A DNA stretch of 64,000 nt, taken from IMG/VR virus record IMGVR_UViG_3300028591_000077. One strand, written 5' to 3'. This DNA is from a virus (lineage: Duplodnaviria; Heunggongvirae; Uroviricota; Caudoviricetes). A model generated the notes under the pieces. That model ran no database searches. It was not told the origin of the DNA and was given only the letters and a program-made list of their open reading frames with translations. Made by a program: the position numbers and the translations under genes. This document shows, piece after piece, positions 1 through 9,387 of this stretch (positions are counted from its first letter, which is position 1; each line of letters begins with the position of its first letter).

Positions 1-1
1 A

Positions 2-262
2 TTAGCAGATATTGAGCATAGCTTAGAATCTGGTATATTCGTTCCAAATCCAACACCACTTTGTCACTGGTGCAATTTCTGCCCAACGAACCCGCATCAA
101 CCAGAATCAGGCAAAGGATATTGTCCTTACTACCTAAAATGGACCAGGGAAAATCCAACTTTCCAAAAACAATTTGAATGGGATGGGCTGGAAAATCATA
201 ATAGAATCCTTGAAGAATTCAGAAATGAAATGCGTCTAGCAGCAAAAGGAGGTGAAAAGTAA
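2..262 (+). CDS. C-terminal fragment of a Cas4/AddB-like PD-(D/E)XK exonuclease (5' partial)
   Basis: Frame 2 reads LADIEHSLESGIFVPNPTPLCHWCNFCPTNP...GYCPYY; the P..CxWCxF..C Fe-S tail is typical of this family; stop TAA 260-262 overlaps the next ATG. Confidence 0.55.
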   Translation, partial: LADIEHSLESGIFVPNPTPLCHWCNFCPTNPHQPESGKGYCPYYLKWTRENPTFQKQFEWDGLENHNRILEEFRNEMRLAAKGGEK

Positions 263-456
263 TGCTAAAAGTAATTTTAAGAGAGGGTGAAACTCCTGAT
301 TCATTAATCAGACGTTTCAAAACCGCAGTTAAGAAAGCCGATATTTTAGCAGAATATCGTAAACATGACTTTTTCTTGAAAAAATCATTAAAGAGAAAGC
401 TTAAGTCAGAAAACGCTCGTAAGAAAATGAAGAGTAAAAAAAGAAAAACTGTATAA
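262..456 (+). CDS. rpsU: 30S ribosomal protein bS21 (phage-encoded)
   Basis: KVILREGETPDSLIRRFKTAVKKADILAEYRKHDFFLKKSLKRKLK matches the bS21 pattern; RBS AAGGAGGTG. Confidence 0.9.
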   Translation: MLKVILREGETPDSLIRRFKTAVKKADILAEYRKHDFFLKKSLKRKLKSENARKKMKSKKRKTV

Positions 457-460
457 TATA
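450..460 (+). promoter_or_regulatory. TGTATAATA-class (-10 only) promoter
   Basis: Same motif recurs just upstream of gene starts at 1702, 2781, 8530, 22904 and 35458. Confidence 0.5.
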
Positions 461-476
461 AAAAGGAGATTAGGGT

Positions 477-824
477 ATGGCACAGATTAATACTGGCATA
501 TTCTATGAAAGCTCTAAGTTACCACGCTTAAACAAATATGATCAATTGATTATATTTTACGAAGATGGAAGCGTAATAAATTACGTTGTAGACTATATCG
601 TAAAGCTGAGTAAAGATGCTGGTTACATATACCTATGTGACACATCCGGAACGCTCAGTCAAGAAGAAGTAAATAAGCTAAATAGAATAAAGAACATTGC
701 ATATTTGCCGGGACTTAGATTGGCAGCTCCAACCTTCAATAAGAGTGGTCGATTAACCGGCGTATCATTTGATGACGGAACAAAGTTACATTGCACAAAA
801 GTGCTTGTTGTGAAAGGAGAATAA
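477..824 (+). CDS. hypothetical protein
   Basis: ORF with AAGGAG RBS. Confidence 0.7.
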   Translation: MAQINTGIFYESSKLPRLNKYDQLIIFYEDGSVINYVVDYIVKLSKDAGYIYLCDTSGTLSQEEVNKLNRIKNIAYLPGLRLAAPTFNKSGRLTGVSFDDGTKLHCTKVLVVKGE

Positions 825-825
825 C

Positions 826-1398
826 ATGTTAACAGATACACAAATTTTAGAAAACAAAGAAAAGTATATTAGCTTACTAGCTAAGCTTGGAGTTGATTTA
901 ACTCAATTCACAAAATACTTAGAAGCTGTTGACTATTTTAACAAACCAGCATCCAATCAGTCATTTAAAGCATATCCTGGTGGTTTATGCCAATATGCAC
1001 TTGACCTATATTTTGAATTAGGAACACTTTGTAATGCCTATTTTCCAGGGGAGTACACCGAAGAAGACGTCATCAAGGTAGCATTATTCAAAGACCTCTA
1101 TAGAGCTGAAATGTATGAAGGCTATTATAAAAACATTAAAGATGAAGTAACTGGTGAATGGCAACAAATTCCTGCCTATAGAACTAAAGAGGAAAGACCT
1201 ACTTTTGGTGATTTAGGTTTCAGTTCATTTATGGTTGCACAACATTTCTTCCAATTCACAGACGAGCAAATTGAATCAATTGTTCATGGTCGTGGATTGG
1301 ACGGTTATTCAATCGATATTCAGGATATCTTAAAAAGCTATCCTTTAGTAGCATTAACTAGAATGGCGGATTTTGCAGCAACATATTTCAATAAATAG
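826..1398 (+). CDS. HD-domain hydrolase homologue with degenerate metal ligands
   Basis: PAS...YPGGLC..ALD, ALFKDLYR, PLVALTRMADFAATY scaffold of the PASxxxHxxxxGGLxxHS...LLHD family, but with the His residues replaced. Confidence 0.65.
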   Translation: MLTDTQILENKEKYISLLAKLGVDLTQFTKYLEAVDYFNKPASNQSFKAYPGGLCQYALDLYFELGTLCNAYFPGEYTEEDVIKVALFKDLYRAEMYEGYYKNIKDEVTGEWQQIPAYRTKEERPTFGDLGFSSFMVAQHFFQFTDEQIESIVHGRGLDGYSIDIQDILKSYPLVALTRMADFAATYFNK

Positions 1399-1407
1399 GA
1401 GATTAAT

Positions 1408-1668
1408 ATGGGCGCAATGCTAATGTTCTATACAAAGAAACAATATATCACTGAAGGCCTAATACTAAGCGTCAAGACAACTGATGAAATTGTCCCAATC
1501 GCCGAGATTACCTGGGATCCAAGCTTCAATGATGCTTGTATTAAAACTTTTGGCTCAAAACTTCAAGATTATATTGTTTCATATGATGACTACGTTAACT
1601 TCGTTAGGATCGTCGATGAAGCCTATGATATGATAAGGGCCGCTTATCATAAACCAATAGAAGCATAA
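1408..1668 (+). CDS. hypothetical protein
   Basis: ORF with AGGAG RBS. Confidence 0.65.
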   Translation: MGAMLMFYTKKQYITEGLILSVKTTDEIVPIAEITWDPSFNDACIKTFGSKLQDYIVSYDDYVNFVRIVDEAYDMIRAAYHKPIEA

Positions 1669-1693
1669 AGGCGGCAAAACCGTCTTTTTCTTT
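1667..1693 (+). terminator. intrinsic terminator
   Basis: AAAGGCGG-caaaa-CCGTCTTT followed by a T tract. Confidence 0.7.
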
Positions 1694-1701
1694 CTATATA
1701 T

Positions 1702-1712
1702 TGTATAATATA
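1702..1712 (+). promoter_or_regulatory. TGTATAATA-class promoter
   Basis: Lies directly after the terminator and before the AGGAG RBS of the sbcD-like gene. Confidence 0.6.
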
Positions 1713-1724
1713 TCAGGAGTAATT

Positions 1725-2753
1725 ATGAAACTTTTAGTATTTACTGATAATCATTTTTGTGAAAATTTTTCAATAGTTCAAGGACAAGGCGAAAAATATA
1801 CAACTCGTATTGAGAATCAATTAGCCTCAATTGCCTGAATAGAAGACCTTGCTGTTCAAAAAGGCTGCGATGCTGTATTTTGTCTTGGAGACTTTTTTGA
1901 TAAAGCTGATTTAACTGAACAAGAAATTACAGCAACAAAAGATATTAAATGGAATAATCTTCCACATTATTTTTTAGTTGGTAATCATGAAAGTGATACA
2001 AATGGCCTAAGATTCAGCTCTACTAAAATACTTGAAGCCACAAATAGATTCATTATTTCTGAACCTGGAAAACAAATGTTTGGAAGTTGTGAAGTTTGTT
2101 TCTTGCCTTATATTATCGAAAGTGATAGAAAACCGTTAGTTGAGTATTTTGGTGAAATGACCGATACTCCAAGAATCATCTTCTCACACAACGATTTAAA
2201 AGGCATTCAAATGGGCCCGGTTGTTTCTAAAATCGGGTTTGACCTTGAAGAAATAAAAACAGCTTGCACATTATTCTTAAATGGTCACTTGCATAATGGT
2301 CAAAAGGTTTCTGAAAATGCAATTAATCTTGGAAATTTAACCGGCAAAGACTTTGGTGAAGATGCTACAAGATATAAACATTATGCTGTAATCATTGATA
2401 CGGAAACATTAAATTGCGAGTTAATTGAGAATCCACATGCATTCAATTTCTACAAACTTGAAATCAATGCTTTAGAAGATATTGCAAATTTGTCAAATTT
2501 AAAACAAAATTCTGTTCTATCTATAAAGTGTAAGGATAGCTTGGTTTCGGAACTCAGAAGCCAAATAAATAAGCTTTCTGACAAAATTATAAACTCACGT
2601 ATCATTATCACCCGCGAAGCAACAGAGGATGAGGCAGAAGGAGACATTTCCGAGCTTACTATGGACCATTTAGTTAAGTTTGTGGAATGCTGCAGAAAAG
2701 AGATAAATAACACAGAAGCATTAGAAGTAGAACTTGCTGAAATATGCAAGTAG
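1725..2753 (+). CDS. Mre11/SbcD/gp47-like recombination nuclease (TGA 1836 = Trp)
   Basis: MKLLVFTDNH, LGDFFD, VGNHE, FSHND and NGHLH metallophosphoesterase motifs all in one frame once TGA is read through. Confidence 0.9.
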
Positions 2754-2812
2754 GGCTTTTTGCTTTTTGTTTTATTTTATTGTATAATAAATTAAAGAAA
2801 AGAGCTGAAAAA

Positions 2813-3226
2813 ATGAATAATTTTAAGAAAAATTACAAGCAGCTCTGCAAGAATTATAATCGTAAGCTTAAAGAATTACATAAAGTAAACTTCAACAGTT
2901 TAAACAATAACTTGGAATACTTTGTTACGTATCTTAAATATATGCGTGATTATTATATTCTAACAGAGCCATTACCGACAGACAAAGAAAATTTAAAAGT
3001 AACTGCATTGGTAACAGCGGTAGGAGCTTACGAAAAATATCGATCATGTAAAGATAAATACTACTGCACAAAAGAAGATGGAACAGAAGAAGCCCTTATA
3101 GAAGGAACTCCTGAGGAAGTCAAAACAAAATATGAGCTCGAAAGAAACTTTCATTGGAATTGCTTCTGGAGCTTAGTAAGTTTGAATATAGAAAGTTGGA
3201 CAGGTAAAGCAAATGCTGCAATTTAA
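2813..3226 (+). CDS. hypothetical protein
   Basis: ATG 2813 downstream of TGTATAAT at 2781. Confidence 0.6.
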   Translation: MNNFKKNYKQLCKNYNRKLKELHKVNFNSLNNNLEYFVTYLKYMRDYYILTEPLPTDKENLKVTALVTAVGAYEKYRSCKDKYYCTKEDGTEEALIEGTPEEVKTKYELERNFHWNCFWSLVSLNIESWTGKANAAI

Positions 3227-5081
3227 TAAAGTAATCGTTCACAATTTTGGAAGTTATGGACATGCTGAAGTAGATTTAGCCAACAAAGGCTTTTGTTTAG
3301 TTTCTGGCAAAAATAACTATAAAAAGGATAACGCTTTATCAAATGGCTCAGGTAAGAGCTTTTTGTGGAGTGCTATCTGTTTTGCTTTAACTGGAGAGAC
3401 AATCAATGGTCTTCGCAGTAATTTAAAGAATATAAATGCAGACGAAGATGATAATACAAGTTACGTCGTATTAGACTTTAAATCAGGCGCAGACAGTTAT
3501 TCATTAAAAAGAATCATCGCGCCTAAGTCAGATTTAAAGATTACGAGAAACGGCGTTGACGCTTCTGGAAAAGGGTTAAGAGAATCTGAAGATAAGTTAG
3601 CTAGTTACCTTCCAGATTTAACCAAAGATCTCATTGCCTCGACGATAATCATCGGTCAAGGCATGCCTAATAAATTCTCTTCATTCAGTCCATCTGGAAG
3701 AAAAGAATTATTAGAAAAGCTTACAAAATCTGACTTTATGATTGAAGATTTAAAAAACAGAATCATAAATCGTCAAGCAGATCTTAATTTAAATCTCAGA
3801 AATTATGAAGATAGTTTATTGGTTCATAGAACGCAGTATGATACAACCAAAAAGCACCATGATAAGCTCGATGAAGAGATAAGCAAGTTAGTTCAACCAG
3901 ACTTCGATAAAGAAATTAAAGAATCATCTGAAAGAGTTGCAAAGCTCCAAAAACAATACGATGAGCAAACGGCTGAAATCAAACGACTTGAACAAGAGAA
4001 TGAAGCAGCCAATACCAAGCTAACAAAACAAAGTGATGAAAAACTAAAAGTAAGCACTGAAGAGCTTACGGCTTACGGAAACTCTACTTCTGAGCTTACA
4101 CATGAAAAAGCAAGATTAGGCGGACGAATTACAAGCCTAACCTATGAAATAAAACGCTTAAAAGCTATTACTGACATCTGTCCAACCTGTGGACAAAAGA
4201 TACAAGGCGTTGTAAAACCTGACACATCTCAGCAAGAACAAGAGCTTACTGAAAGCAACCGTCAAATGGTTGATGTGACAAGAAGATTAAATGAAGCTGC
4301 TGATAAGCATAAAGAATATATTAAAAATATCAACGCAGCTTTCGACGATACAATCAATACTTTAAGACAAACAATACTAAACAATAAAAAGGCGATAAAT
4401 AAATTAAGAGAAGAGTCTACTAAGTGCTTTGAGATACTAAGCACTGAAAAAGCAGCTTATTCTAAATTAGTCTTTGATAAAGAAAATTGGGATAAATATG
4501 TTGCAGGAATTAAGAGCTCTATTGAGGCAGATAATGAGGCATTGGCTAAATTAGATAGCACAATCAGTGTTATGTCTGCTGCAAGACAAGATACCCTAGA
4601 GCATATTGCCATCGTTAAAAAGATGGACACACTCGTAAAAAGAAATTTCAGAGGCTATCTATTATCGAATATTATTGGTTATATTGATAGACGTGCCAAA
4701 GATTACTGCAATACTGTTTTTGGAACTAGAGAACTTAGTGTCTATCTCAACGGAAACTCATTAGACATTTCTTACTGCGGTAAAATGTTTGATAACTTAT
4801 CCGGAGGAGAAAAACAAAGAGTAGACCTCATTCTACAATTTGCTATCAGAGATATGCTTATGTCTTATCTAAACATGAATTCAAATATTCTTGTCTTAGA
4901 TGAAATCACAGACTTCTTAGATAAGCAAAGCTGCGCAGCCGTTATGAAGCTCATTGAAAAAGAATTGAACACAATTGAATCTGTGTTTATTATCTCACAC
5001 CACGCAGAAGAGCTTGAGCTGCCAATTGATTCAGAATTACACGTGGTAAAAGATGAAAATGGTATAAGTGAGGTTTATTAG
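3213..5081 (+). CDS. Rad50/SbcC/gp46-like recombination ATPase
   Basis: Walker A NGSGKS, coiled coil with CPTC zinc hook, LSGGEK signature, LVLDE Walker B, ISH. Confidence 0.92.
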   Translation: MLQFNKVIVHNFGSYGHAEVDLANKGFCLVSGKNNYKKDNALSNGSGKSFLWSAICFALTGETINGLRSNLKNINADEDDNTSYVVLDFKSGADSYSLKRIIAPKSDLKITRNGVDASGKGLRESEDKLASYLPDLTKDLIASTIIIGQGMPNKFSSFSPSGRKELLEKLTKSDFMIEDLKNRIINRQADLNLNLRNYEDSLLVHRTQYDTTKKHHDKLDEEISKLVQPDFDKEIKESSERVAKLQKQYDEQTAEIKRLEQENEAANTKLTKQSDEKLKVSTEELTAYGNSTSELTHEKARLGGRITSLTYEIKRLKAITDICPTCGQKIQGVVKPDTSQQEQELTESNRQMVDVTRRLNEAADKHKEYIKNINAAFDDTINTLRQTILNNKKAINKLREESTKCFEILSTEKAAYSKLVFDKENWDKYVAGIKSSIEADNEALAKLDSTISVMSAARQDTLEHIAIVKKMDTLVKRNFRGYLLSNIIGYIDRRAKDYCNTVFGTRELSVYLNGNSLDISYCGKMFDNLSGGEKQRVDLILQFAIRDMLMSYLNMNSNILVLDEITDFLDKQSCAAVMKLIEKELNTIESVFIISHHAEELELPIDSELHVVKDENGISEVY

Positions 5082-5085
5082 AATT

Positions 5086-5907
5086 ATGCAATGAAAGAAA
5101 GATCCTAATTTAAAGTACACAGACCTTTGTATCTACATCGATGAGAATATGGAGAAACTCAGAAATCCGGGAGAATATCCAGAAGTAGAAAATAAAATTT
5201 GAAATTATCTGTGGTTACTTATTAAAGCATTAGCAATTAAAAAGGGAATGTTCGATGACTTCCAACATTATGACCCTTATGCTTTTTATGGAGCAAATAG
5301 AATATTCTTTGCTCTTAGAAAAAACTTGCAAAATGAAGGCAAAACGATTAAAGGCAAATTAATTCGACCAATTAAATCTTGTCTAAACTATACAAAACTT
5401 CTATTAAATCCGATGAAAATCGAATATCAAAATGAAGCGTTTAGAGAAGTAATTAATGAAGAATTTGTTGCTAAAAAGTTTGATTCTTGGAGTTATCAGG
5501 AAAAGCTTAGATCTGAGGCTAGAGCAAGTCAAGGTGTTGATGAACAATTCTTAGCCTATATTCGTGAGCTATTTAATGAAAGCAGCTCATTAGTCGATAA
5601 GGTTTTAGAAAAATCGCCATTCGGAGCCAATACAATAGAATATAAACATTTAAGGATGTCGATTATATTAAACATTATCGCAATATTAAAAGCTAAGAAG
5701 AAACTAGACTCAGATGTGCAAACAGTTATTTTATGAAAGCTGCCAAAATCAATGTCAAATTATGTTAGGGTATTATTAAAAGAATTCTTAACAGAGTTAA
5801 AAGTAGAAATTATGGATTGCTATCACCATGCCGATATCGATGACACGATGGTAGACGCAATATTATCAAATCCAATGGGAGAATCATATAATAATGAGGA
5901 CGACTAG
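5086..5907 (+). CDS. 273-aa protein, candidate divergent phage sigma factor (TGA 5092, 5200, 5734 = Trp)
   Basis: Continuous frame under code 4; region-2-like spacing LLIKALAIK / YAFYGANRIFFAL / KSCLNYTKLLL; adjacent to gp46/47, as gp55 is in T4-like phages. The CDS is solid, the function is inferred. Confidence 0.45.
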
Positions 5908-6301
5908 TATTAAAGAGAATCTTAATGCTTTACAATTATCTGACATATATTCATTAATGCTCTTTATCTTATATAAAGTGCAGGATATTCCAGAATATGC
6001 GGTATTAAGCGAAATGTGCTATTTATTAGACGGTAGTAACTTAACAAGATTGTTGACTTATTTCGCTGGCAAAACAATAACAATTCCTACAGAAGAAGAG
6101 TTTGCTATTGTATCAAGCGCATTGCTCATGTATCAATATATAAATATAGACGGCGAGTCTTATGCAAATGCACAATCTAAACTAACTGGGCTCACTGCTA
6201 AACAAAAAGATAAAGCATCAGAACTCTACCTAAAAATTATACCAATCATGCGTCAGTATAATATTGATAGGAGCCAAATTCAGAAAAATGCCAGATACTA
6301 A
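5894..6301 (+). CDS. Mor-like transcription regulator (putative)
   Basis: LLDGSNLTRLLTYFAGKTITIPT resembles the Mor family G..a.kL...fgG..iyIP motif. Confidence 0.45.
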   Translation: MRTTSIKENLNALQLSDIYSLMLFILYKVQDIPEYAVLSEMCYLLDGSNLTRLLTYFAGKTITIPTEEEFAIVSSALLMYQYINIDGESYANAQSKLTGLTAKQKDKASELYLKIIPIMRQYNIDRSQIQKNARY

Positions 6302-6527
6302 TGAATATGGTAAGTTTCCTGAAGAGGAAAGAAGCTTTGAAACAAGAGTTTCCTTCATAAAAGACATATTTACTTTAAAGCATACTAATACAGAAATAAT
6401 GGCGCACTGCATTCAGTATAAACTTGGCAAGTCATTTGAAGCTTATTCAAAGCAAATATTAAAGAGTGTATGGACGCTTAGAGGCGAAGACCCGATGAAG
6501 GTCTTAAAAAGAATAGACCACAGATAA
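6288..6527 (+). CDS. hypothetical protein
   Basis: ORF coupled to its neighbours. Confidence 0.6.
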   Translation: MPDTNEYGKFPEEERSFETRVSFIKDIFTLKHTNTEIMAHCIQYKLGKSFEAYSKQILKSVWTLRGEDPMKVLKRIDHR

Positions 6528-6538
6528 AGGAGATTTGT

Positions 6539-6868
6539 ATGAATACAAAAACAAATATCGTAAATGACATTAGCATCCTTATGAAAGTTCCAAATAAGGC
6601 TTTGGATGCTTTCGTTGAAAAAGCTAATTTATGTATTGGCAGTATTATTGCTGATGCTCAAAAATCAGGTGAACAAAATGTTGTCATTAATATTGGTATT
6701 GGAACATTAAGTGTCAGCTTAGCCGACATGCAATGTAAATTTGTTCCAAGTAAAGCATTAAAAACAACTATTAAAGATTGCTTAACAAAAAATGTCGATC
6801 CACTTGAATTAGAACTAGAGAAAGCACTATCCAATAAATTAATGGCCATAGTTGACGAGGTATTATAA
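6539..6868 (+). CDS. HU-like DNA-binding protein (divergent)
   Basis: N-terminal helices, then VVINIGIGTLSV...KFVPSKALK, matching the HU V.i.gfGtF.v / F.psk.LK pattern. Confidence 0.5.
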   Translation: MNTKTNIVNDISILMKVPNKALDAFVEKANLCIGSIIADAQKSGEQNVVINIGIGTLSVSLADMQCKFVPSKALKTTIKDCLTKNVDPLELELEKALSNKLMAIVDEVL

Positions 6869-6869
6869 T

Positions 6870-7418
6870 ATGACTGAAGAAGAGAAAAAGAACGAATTAG
6901 AATTAATTGAGGTAAATACTGACGAGTTAAATAAAGAATCTCTTGCTATTATTAATCAAATTATTACAGAGCAAGATGCTGAAAAGACTAAAGACCTTAC
7001 CTACTTATTTAATATTAATCAAAATAAGAAAACAATGGTAAGAGCTAATAAGCTTAATGAATTATTAGATGTCTTGACAGATGCAGCAGTCGATAGATTT
7101 ACTCAAAGACCTGATGAAATCTCAAACCAAGAACTTATGCAAGGTTTGAAGATCGTCCAAGATTTAATTGAGCGTAGCCAAAAACAAGTTAATGGCACAA
7201 ATGAACAACAACCATTGATTCAGATCAATCAGCAAAACAATACACTTGAAGTTGGAGGACAAAAAGGTGGATTGAACAGAGATTCACGTGAACGTGTTAA
7301 AAATGCTGTACTAGATTTATTAAATGGTATTACTGCTCAAACAGAAGAAGCAGAAGTTGAGGACGTTACCGTAAACCCAGCCCCAACAGAATTGGAAGAT
7401 GATGAAGATGATGACTAG
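6870..7418 (+). CDS. hypothetical helical protein (possible terminase small subunit)
   Basis: Two long helices followed by QINQQNNTLEVG; function speculative. Confidence 0.5.
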   Translation: MTEEEKKNELELIEVNTDELNKESLAIINQIITEQDAEKTKDLTYLFNINQNKKTMVRANKLNELLDVLTDAAVDRFTQRPDEISNQELMQGLKIVQDLIERSQKQVNGTNEQQPLIQINQQNNTLEVGGQKGGLNRDSRERVKNAVLDLLNGITAQTEEAEVEDVTVNPAPTELEDDEDDD

Positions 7419-7704
7419 TGTTAAAAATATATTAAGCAAACTAGAAATCGAGGACACTGGCAGATACGACAATCATTTCTATATTATTAAATTAAAAGAT
7501 AGTGATGATTATGCTAGAATGTATACAAAACTAAATAAAAACGCGATTAATACGGAATTCCCTAATTTCGGAACAAACACAAATAAATCAACAGTAAAAG
7601 TAACAAATTATTTTGAGATTGATGATGAAGATATTACTTATAATATCTTCCTAGTAGCTGACTTTGACAAAGATAGTTACTATGTGAAAATTGGAGAAAA
7701 ATAA
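7399..7704 (+). CDS. hypothetical protein
   Basis: ORF; the start could be any of four in-frame ATGs between 7399 and 7411. Confidence 0.6.
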   Translation: MMKMMTSVKNILSKLEIEDTGRYDNHFYIIKLKDSDDYARMYTKLNKNAINTEFPNFGTNTNKSTVKVTNYFEIDDEDITYNIFLVADFDKDSYYVKIGEK

Positions 7705-8084
7705 TGATAATCGACTATAATGGAGTAAAGACATTCACAGACTCGCTCCAAATAGACGATATAGGGAACTGTGCAATTAAATGTGAGGGGGTATATCGCG
7801 AAGGTCGAATCCAATTATACGGTGAATATTATTTAGTAACAAAAACAATTGCCGGTAGAACGTCTATTGCAAAGTTTGGTCCGATAGTGCCAGACTTGAA
7901 TGTTATGCAAAATAGCTTTGAATGCACTTATAAGAATATTGCATACAAAGAATCAACGATTATTCGTGAGATAAACTTATTTATCAACGATGGAATGAAA
8001 GGAATATCGAAAGCAGAGGTAATCACTGATTTGGAGGCTTTTGAAGCCTTCCCATCATTACAAGAAACTTTCAATAATATGTAA
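7704..8084 (+). CDS. hypothetical protein
   Basis: TAATG coupling, GGAG RBS. Confidence 0.65.
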   Translation: MIIDYNGVKTFTDSLQIDDIGNCAIKCEGVYREGRIQLYGEYYLVTKTIAGRTSIAKFGPIVPDLNVMQNSFECTYKNIAYKESTIIREINLFINDGMKGISKAEVITDLEAFEAFPSLQETFNNM

Positions 8085-8085
8085 T

Positions 8086-8451
8086 ATGGCAGTTGCAGAT
8101 TTTAAGAAATATTTAGTTAAAATTCAAGGGCAATACCTTGAAATGAAAGCAGATTTAGCAGATTTTAATGAAGCTTTTCAGAAAGGACATATTACTGAAG
8201 AGCAACTACAAACTGCAAAAGATGATGTATATGTGGTAGAACAAAACTATCAAAGATTACTTTATGTTGCATATCTTTTAGAGATGCCTCGAAGAGACTC
8301 TAAAAAAGAAAAATATAGAAGAGCAAATAACAAAGTAACAAAAGCATTATCTGACATGAAAGCCGATGAACAAGCGGTATTTGATGAAAATAAAAGTGCC
8401 ATTGATCATTTGCGAGCAGAGCTTAAAAAGCTCACAAAAAAAGATAAGTAA
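8086..8451 (+). CDS. hypothetical coiled-coil protein
   Basis: ATG 8086 immediately after the previous stop. Confidence 0.65.
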   Translation: MAVADFKKYLVKIQGQYLEMKADLADFNEAFQKGHITEEQLQTAKDDVYVVEQNYQRLLYVAYLLEMPRRDSKKEKYRRANNKVTKALSDMKADEQAVFDENKSAIDHLRAELKKLTKKDK

Positions 8452-8455
8452 AAAC

Positions 8456-8485
8456 AAGGGCACCAAAAAGTGCTCTTTCTTTTTT
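8456..8485 (+). terminator. intrinsic terminator
   Basis: AAGGGCAC-caaaaa-GTGCTCTT plus T tract. Confidence 0.7.
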
Positions 8486-8529
8486 GCTAAATTTATTAAA
8501 TTAATAAATTATTAAATTAATAAAAAAAC

Positions 8530-8540
8530 TGTATAATATA
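8530..8540 (+). promoter_or_regulatory. TGTATAATA-class promoter of the def-like/topA operon
   Basis: ACTGTATAATATA, identical to the copy at 448-460. Confidence 0.6.
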
Positions 8541-8571
8541 GTAGGTATACTTATACATATAGGAGATTTTA

Positions 8572-9387
8572 ATGAGACAAATAATCACTGATTTAGATAC
8601 ACTTACTCCTGCAAAACCTCTTGAATTCATTACCGATAAGGGTATTGAAAAAGAGGAAGGAGAAAACATCATTAAAGAAATCAAAGAAGTCATGGCAAGT
8701 GATGAAAGCATACTTGCTTTATCAGCTCCTCAAATTGGAATTGACAAAAGAATCTTCTGCTTGAAATTCAATGATGTAATCAAAACGTTTATTAATCCAA
8801 TCGTAACCAAAAAGGTTGGCGGAACAATTGCCCCAGAAACATGTGCAAGCATGCCTGGTAAAGAAATCTTAATCAGCAGACCAGATGAAGTCACAGTCGT
8901 TTATTACACTGATGAATTCAAATATGAAGATAACAAACTTCTCGGTCCTGCTGCCAGACTATTCGACCAGCAAACACAGTTATTAGATGGTATTCCACCA
9001 TCAGAACTTGGTCTTGTTTCAGATGTTGCTGAAGATGGCTCATTAGCAGATTTAAATGAAGAAGAGATTGCTCAAATCACTGAAATCTATAAACAATTTA
9101 TTAAGACCAAATTAGAGGCTTTGCAAGCTGACATTGAATCTGATGAAGTCGCTAAAAAAGAATATAGCTCTTTAATGTTTACTGAAAACGTAATCAACGG
9201 GCGTATTAAGATTTCTGAAACAGAACAAGAAGCAAAACAAAGAGTTGAAGCAGAAAAATCGGCACAAAAATCATTGAGAATTAGCATGCAAATTGAGCTC
9301 CAACAAAGAAAAGCACAAAATCGTGTTAATATGATTAAAATGGCAAACAAGAGCCGTAGATATAAAGGAAATAAGGGGAAAAGATAA
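8572..9387 (+). CDS. Peptide deformylase homologue lacking HExxH, with a long basic C-terminal extension
   Basis: LALSAPQIG (motif 1), FINP, ETCASMPG (EGCLS motif), and ARLFDQQTQLLDGI in place of ARxxQHExDHLxG. Confidence 0.8.
   Translation: MRQIITDLDTLTPAKPLEFITDKGIEKEEGENIIKEIKEVMASDESILALSAPQIGIDKRIFCLKFNDVIKTFINPIVTKKVGGTIAPETCASMPGKEILISRPDEVTVVYYTDEFKYEDNKLLGPAARLFDQQTQLLDGIPPSELGLVSDVAEDGSLADLNEEEIAQITEIYKQFIKTKLEALQADIESDEVAKKEYSSLMFTENVINGRIKISETEQEAKQRVEAEKSAQKSLRISMQIELQQRKAQNRVNMIKMANKSRRYKGNKGKR

Noticed and set aside
2-262. Cas4-like fragment as a sign of a CRISPR-Cas locus
   Set aside because: No repeat-spacer array or other cas genes are visible; solo Cas4-like nucleases are common in phages.
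4546-4554. GCTAAATTA inside the sbcC-like gene
   Set aside because: Coding context, lacks the preceding pyrimidine and has no terminator or RBS nearby; likely chance.
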